In this document: positions 59,491-64,000 of the stretch, in pieces
Position numbering within the stretch: the stretch's first letter is position 1
Layout of the letters: every line of letters starts with the position of its first letter
DNA from: Bacteroidota bacterium
GTDB taxonomy: Bacteria; Bacteroidota; Ignavibacteria; UBA10030; BY39
Assembly (NCBI GenBank): GCA_030682385.1
Contig: JAUXOG010000075.1
Span: forward strand, 1,825-65,824
Length of the DNA stretch: 64,000 bases
Direction: 5' to 3'
The notes under the pieces: generated by a model
Databases searched by the model: none
Told to the model about the DNA's origin: nothing
Seen by the model: the letters and a program-made list of their open reading frames with translations, nothing else
Made by a program: the position numbers and the translations under genes

Positions 59491-62400
59491 TCAGTTTATT
59501 TTTCTTTCGGCTATAAGATTTTTAGAACTCATCAGTAGTTGAAATATTTCATCAATGTGAAAAGGTTTTGCCGCAAGGTAATCGACTCCGGTGTTTGAAA
59601 TGTCCTGCTCTTTTAAATCGCGTCCCCAACCGGAAATAAGAACAACCGGAGTGATGGGATTGATTTCTTTAATTTCTTTTGCCACTTGCCAACCGTTTAT
59701 TTCGGGCATACCCAAATCGGTGAAAACGATATCTACATTTCCTTGCTTGAATTTATCAAGCCCTTCTTGACCATTTTTAGCAAGAATTACTTTGTAATCG
59801 GCTTCTCTTAAAATTTCTGCAAGCAAAATTCTAATTTCCTCCTCATCATCAATAACAAGTACCGTGAGTTGTGCATTTTGTGTATGTCCGATTGAAGAAA
59901 CTGAAATATCGTTTTGTGGTTTTTGGTCTGAGTTCTCGATGTTGACTTTCGGAAAAGTAATAGTAAATTTGGTTCCATTTCCTACTTCACTTGTTACCCG
60001 TATGTTTCCTTGTCGTTTTGTTACGAGCATTTTCACCATCGACAGGCCGAGTCCCGTACCTTTATCTCCTTTTGTGCTGTAGAAAGGAGTGAAAATTTTT
60101 GAAAGAGATTCTTGAGGAATGCCTGTCCCTGTGTCTTCTATCTCGATACTGTAAAGGCGGTCTAAATTTTTTGTTCTAATTGTAATTGCCCCGCCTTGTG
60201 GCATTGCATCGACTGCATTCAAAATTAAATTGGTTAAAATTTCTCGCAACTCAGATCCACTGCCGAAGACTATTGGTAATTTATCAAAATCTTTGTGGAT
60301 TGCAATCCTCACACCTCGTTGCTGTGCCACATCCTTCCATTTGGTTTGCGTAAGCTCGATAGTATCTTCGATTATTAAGTTTACATCTATAGCCGATGCG
60401 TTATCTTCGGCTTTCTTTTTGGAAAAGTCCTGCAAACGTTTTACTGTTTCGGCTCCGTCCATTGCAGCTTTTAAAATGATACTCAGATCGTTTTTCATCT
60501 TTTGATCTGTTGAACGAAGTTGCAACAACTGTGTCCGTCCTACTATTACTCCAAGCAGGTTGTTAAAATCGTGAGCAACTCCGCTCGCTAAATCGCCGAT
60601 AGCTTTCATCTTTTCGCCGTGAATAAGCATTGCCTGCGATTCGTGTAACTTTTCGTACGCCTTTTTAAGGTCATCGTTGGCGTGGCTTAACTGGCTGTAG
60701 AGACGGGCATTTTCTAATGCACTGTTGAGTTGAGCTGCATAGAGATTGAAAATGGATACATCCTCCTGTTTAAATTCATCTGAGTTTATCAATGCAAGAC
60801 CGATAACATCATCGAAAACAACAAGTGGTACAGATATCGAACGGTTGCGGTAACCGACTTCGTCCGCAATTGATTCGATTGCTTCACGCGGGATATTACG
60901 GGGAAGAATTTCAACGAGCCGACCGATAGAATGTTCGTTTAAAACTGTTTTTTTGTGATCGATTACGCTGACTAAACCCGGATATTTTTTGTAAGGAATC
61001 CTGTAGGTATCAAACCTGAAATTATAAAGTTTTTCCATACCTCGCAGAATTCCGGAATCAAAAGTAGTACGAGCAATTTTCAACGTGTTTGCTTCTTTCA
61101 ACAATATGATAATATTGTAGCCGAGCCGCCGGATAGCTTTCGAAATTGAATCGAATATCTCCTCTTCAGTCGTTGTGCGTGAGAATGCCTGCGAAGCTAT
61201 AAGCAGCGAAATAATTCGTTCCTGATGGCGCTTCTTCTCCGTTAAATCGTGCCCGATTCCGCGATAACTGATTATTTTGTCGTCATCACCATGCACTGCA
61301 GTAGCAGTTTCGATGATAGTGATTTTTTCTCCATTTCTTTTCTTTAATTGAATCTCAAAATCAACAACGTAACCTTTTTTTCTTATCTCGGTTACGAAGC
61401 GTTCCATTTCATCTTGATTTACATACACATCTTTTGGAACAAAAAGATTGAACACTTCTTCTTTGGTTTCGTATCCTAACAGTTCTACACCTGCCTGGTT
61501 AATCGAAATAAAACGACCCTCGGTAGTTATCTCAAATATAAAATCTTTAGATTCTTCGAAGAGTTGCCGATATTTTACTTCCGACATATAAGCTTGTTTT
61601 TCGAGAAGTTTCTTTTCGGTAATGTCCCGGATGAACGATGATATTCCGATAATTTTCCCGTTCATGTTGCGTATCGGCGATACCGTGAGTAATAAGTTGA
61701 GCACACTTCCATATTTACTGATGCGCTCGACTTCTAAATTATTCAAAGTTTCACCCTTTAAAACGCTATCATATATTTTTTTCCATTCAGCATAATGATG
61801 AGGAGGAACTGTTGATACTACAGATTTTCCGATTATTTCTTTAGCTGTGTAACCGTAAATTCTTTCGCAGGCATTGTTCCACGTTACAACTTTTGCATCT
61901 GTGTCGAATGTAGCAATTCCGTCGGCAGAATTAATGATTATATTTTCCAGATAGCTGTATGTTTCGGCAAGTTGACGCTCTAAAGTTTTTAATTCCGTTA
62001 TGTCGATACCATTTACAATTATTCCATTTATGTTTAAGTCGATATCATATCGGGGACTGATATTGTAAACCGAATATCTTATTCCGTCGTTGCGTGATTT
62101 AGCTGTTGCATGAATTCCCTTTATCGATTTGCCGGTTAAAATTTCGGTCAGACTGTCGCGAGTGAGTGTGTTCTGAGTGCTATCGGATATAAAAACATCG
62201 AAATAATTTTGTCCCTTAATTTCACCTATAGTATAACCTAAAAATGTTTCTGCCGGTTGATTTATGTAAATAATGTTTCCATAAATATCCAAAAATATCA
62301 GTATGCCGTTTATATTCGTTACGAGGGTGCGATACCACTCTTCAGATTCTCTGAGTTGGTTCTCTAACTTTTTCTTTTCAGTAATATCCTGAGATGTACC

Positions 62401-63471
62401 AAGAATCGCATACGGATTTCCATCATCGTCGCGTAGCAATTTGTTTGTAAGTTGTATTATTATTTCGCGTCCGTCTTTAGTTTTTTCAATCAATTCTCCT
62501 GAATAATTACCGCGAGTTATTAAATCGTTCGTGATATCATCCATATTTTTGGATAGAGCCTCATCGCCCCCCGCTAAAACCGAAATGTTTTGCCCGATAA
62601 GTTCTTCGGCAGTATAGCCGCTCATTTTGGCTTTTGCTTCGTTCACAAAAATAATATTATTTTCAAGGTCTGTTAAAACAACTCCATCGGAAACATTTAG
62701 AATTACATCCGACAATAAGTGCAGCTTGCGGTCGTTCTCTTTTTTTGCCGTTATGTCGATATAGCTTCCGACGACAATCGTTTGCTTCCCGTCTGTAATT
62801 CGTTTTAATTTTAATTCAATAAAGAGTTTCTTTTGATGTTTATTTTGTAAAAGAATTTCGCCATGCCAATACTCATTATTTTTTATAACATCAATAATAC
62901 TTAAATTCTTATTCTGAAACCCGAAATCAAATTCGAATATCGTATTTATCGGTTTGCCTATAACTTCATCGGATTTCCATCCGAACAAATGTTCTGAAGG
63001 AGAATTCGAGTAGGTTATTATTCCTTTTAAATCTGTGGCGATAATAGGAATATCAACTCCCGATATTATTTTTTCTTCGATAGAATTTTGTGTTGGAGTT
63101 TTCGGTTTCGGGTTTGAATGTGTGTTTATGATTGAATTCAAAATCGGGAGGTAGTCGGGGGTTTTAGTAATTACGTTATGAGCGCCCAAATCTATAAATT
63201 TCTTTTTTTTGTTATCATCGGATTCATCCATCAAAACAATAACCGGCAGTTTTGTAGAAAATTTTTTGATGTTTGCAGATAATGAAGGAGTTACCGAGGC
63301 GCCTTTGCCGCAGTTGGTTAACATAATTTGATAATTTTCATTATCAAGAAGTCGGGCGGCAGATTTAAAGTTGGTAGGAGTTATCTGAAATACAAGATTC
63401 TCTTTTGAAAAATATTTTTGTAAAGATGTAGCTTCGTTTGGATTATCTGTAATAAATAGTATTTTACTCAT
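59491..63471 (-). CDS. Multi-PAS/GAF hybrid sensor histidine kinase with C-terminal receiver
   Basis: Several PAS repeats. H-box HDFNNLLGVI. HATPase G-boxes. C-terminal REC domain VLVIDDEEEIR...DLGMPEINGW. Confidence 0.8.
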   Translation of the reverse strand: MSKILFITDNPNEATSLQKYFSKENLVFQITPTNFKSAARLLDNENYQIMLTNCGKGASVTPSLSANIKKFSTKLPVIVLMDESDDNKKKKFIDLGAHNVITKTPDYLPILNSIINTHSNPKPKTPTQNSIEEKIISGVDIPIIATDLKGIITYSNSPSEHLFGWKSDEVIGKPINTIFEFDFGFQNKNLSIIDVIKNNEYWHGEILLQNKHQKKLFIELKLKRITDGKQTIVVGSYIDITAKKENDRKLHLLSDVILNVSDGVVLTDLENNIIFVNEAKAKMSGYTAEELIGQNISVLAGGDEALSKNMDDITNDLITRGNYSGELIEKTKDGREIIIQLTNKLLRDDDGNPYAILGTSQDITEKKKLENQLRESEEWYRTLVTNINGILIFLDIYGNIIYINQPAETFLGYTIGEIKGQNYFDVFISDSTQNTLTRDSLTEILTGKSIKGIHATAKSRNDGIRYSVYNISPRYDIDLNINGIIVNGIDITELKTLERQLAETYSYLENIIINSADGIATFDTDAKVVTWNNACERIYGYTAKEIIGKSVVSTVPPHHYAEWKKIYDSVLKGETLNNLEVERISKYGSVLNLLLTVSPIRNMNGKIIGISSFIRDITEKKLLEKQAYMSEVKYRQLFEESKDFIFEITTEGRFISINQAGVELLGYETKEEVFNLFVPKDVYVNQDEMERFVTEIRKKGYVVDFEIQLKKRNGEKITIIETATAVHGDDDKIISYRGIGHDLTEKKRHQERIISLLIASQAFSRTTTEEEIFDSISKAIRRLGYNIIILLKEANTLKIARTTFDSGILRGMEKLYNFRFDTYRIPYKKYPGLVSVIDHKKTVLNEHSIGRLVEILPRNIPREAIESIADEVGYRNRSISVPLVVFDDVIGLALINSDEFKQEDVSIFNLYAAQLNSALENARLYSQLSHANDDLKKAYEKLHESQAMLIHGEKMKAIGDLASGVAHDFNNLLGVIVGRTQLLQLRSTDQKMKNDLSIILKAAMDGAETVKRLQDFSKKKAEDNASAIDVNLIIEDTIELTQTKWKDVAQQRGVRIAIHKDFDKLPIVFGSGSELREILTNLILNAVDAMPQGGAITIRTKNLDRLYSIEIEDTGTGIPQESLSKIFTPFYSTKGDKGTGLGLSMVKMLVTKRQGNIRVTSEVGNGTKFTITFPKVNIENSDQKPQNDISVSSIGHTQNAQLTVLVIDDEEEIRILLAEILREADYKVILAKNGQEGLDKFKQGNVDIVFTDLGMPEINGWQVAKEIKEINPITPVVLISGWGRDLKEQDISNTGVDYLAAKPFHIDEIFQLLMSSKNLIAERKIN

Positions 63472-63486
63472 GAAACGAAGAATTAA

Positions 63487-64000
63487 TCAATCTTTAAGAG
63501 AGAGAATTTTCTTAAGCATATTATACTCAGTTCTCATTTCTTCTCGTGCGCTGCGGAGGGCTTGTATTTGCTCCTCGAGTTTGTTAACGTTATCTGTAAT
63601 CATTTTGAAATACTTTGCAGTGTTTTCGTCGGGTTTACTTTTAGATTGAAGTTGAAAAAGTGCCAATCTGATAACACCGAGTGGGTTATTTATTTCGTGT
63701 GTAATATGAGCCAATACTGAATTTATACTCATAATTTTTACCCGGATAGAATCGAACTCTTCCGCTTTTTTCTGTACTTCAGATTCTTTTAATAAACTGC
63801 TGAACGTCCACGAAAAAGTTGGAAGCGTTATCTCTGCAATGTTTAAAATATGGTCGATACCCGCTGACTTCTGAGATTGCGATAAGTTGGCTTCGCTTTG
63901 TGATGTAAGAAGAATGAGCGGCATCCTGAAATTTTTTCCACGAAGAAAATTAGCCATCTGAATTACATTGTTTGTGGCGACATTTTCTCCGATAAAAACC
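63487..64000 (-). CDS. Partial gene (5' end beyond the window): receiver domain fused to a HisKA-like dimerization domain without a catalytic ATPase domain
   Basis: The frame stays open to the window edge (..FIGENVATNNVIQMANFLRGKNFRMPLILLTS). H-box HEINNPLGVI is followed by a coiled coil. Confidence 0.45.
   Translation of the reverse strand, partial: VFIGENVATNNVIQMANFLRGKNFRMPLILLTSQSEANLSQSQKSAGIDHILNIAEITLPTFSWTFSSLLKESEVQKKAEEFDSIRVKIMSINSVLAHITHEINNPLGVIRLALFQLQSKSKPDENTAKYFKMITDNVNKLEEQIQALRSAREEMRTEYNMLKKILSLKD

Overview
This 64 kb window looks like chromosomal DNA from an AT-rich member of the Bacteroidota/Ignavibacteria-type (FCB) lineage. The evidence for that placement is three ORFs ending in Por/T9SS C-terminal sorting domains (tails ...KMILIR/...KMLLIR) and frequent TTG starts. 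The window is gene-dense with about 65 protein genes, and I found no rRNA, tRNA or CRISPR.

Housekeeping genes I recognise:
- Phosphohexomutase (GlmM-like), dprA, rpoN, hslVU.
- OPT transporter, M24 and M14 peptidases, cysE, thyX, aat, pfkA.
- tsaC, tmk, an S41 C-terminal processing protease, TauE, folD, a YmdB-like phosphoesterase.
- A large multi-PAS hybrid histidine kinase.

Accessory and defense-type content is interspersed among these.

(1) The left edge holds a fused MmeI-like Type IIL/IIG restriction-modification enzyme on the minus strand (PD..EAK nuclease motif, DPAGG motif I, NPPY motif IV). Its methyltransferase domain carries an in-frame complete GIY-YIG (UPF0213-type) nuclease domain. 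A YhcG/DUF1016 PD-(D/E)XK protein sits immediately upstream.

(2) A 1395-aa sacsin/MORC-like GHKL ATPase ends in a DUF3883 (PD-(D/E)xK-like) domain. Its stop overlaps, as ATGA, the start of an orphan 93-aa T9SS C-terminal domain ORF that has no cargo.

(3) A roughly 8 kb accessory stretch (35-42 kb) contains:
- a Type II methyltransferase plus putative endonuclease pair;
- a RelE/ParE-antitoxin pair;
- two DUF4160/DUF2442 pairs, one of them frameshifted.
A HEPN-nucleotidyltransferase pair lies separately at 56.2-56.9 kb.

(4) An AddB-like Fe-S nuclease has no AddA partner and is translationally coupled to a TPMT-like methyltransferase and a Zn-ribbon protein.

(5) A candidate Cyc2-like monoheme cytochrome-porin sits next to a PSCyt1-like cytochrome c lipoprotein.

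(6) A family of GC-rich intergenic hairpin repeats includes two identical 38-nt inverted copies 46.8 kb apart. A related 40-nt direct repeat flanks a GxxExxY gene.

Two small genes carry single-nucleotide frameshifts. A lone EutN/CcmL vertex-protein gene lies just upstream of dprA. All protein calls rest on motif recognition by eye. No database search was run.
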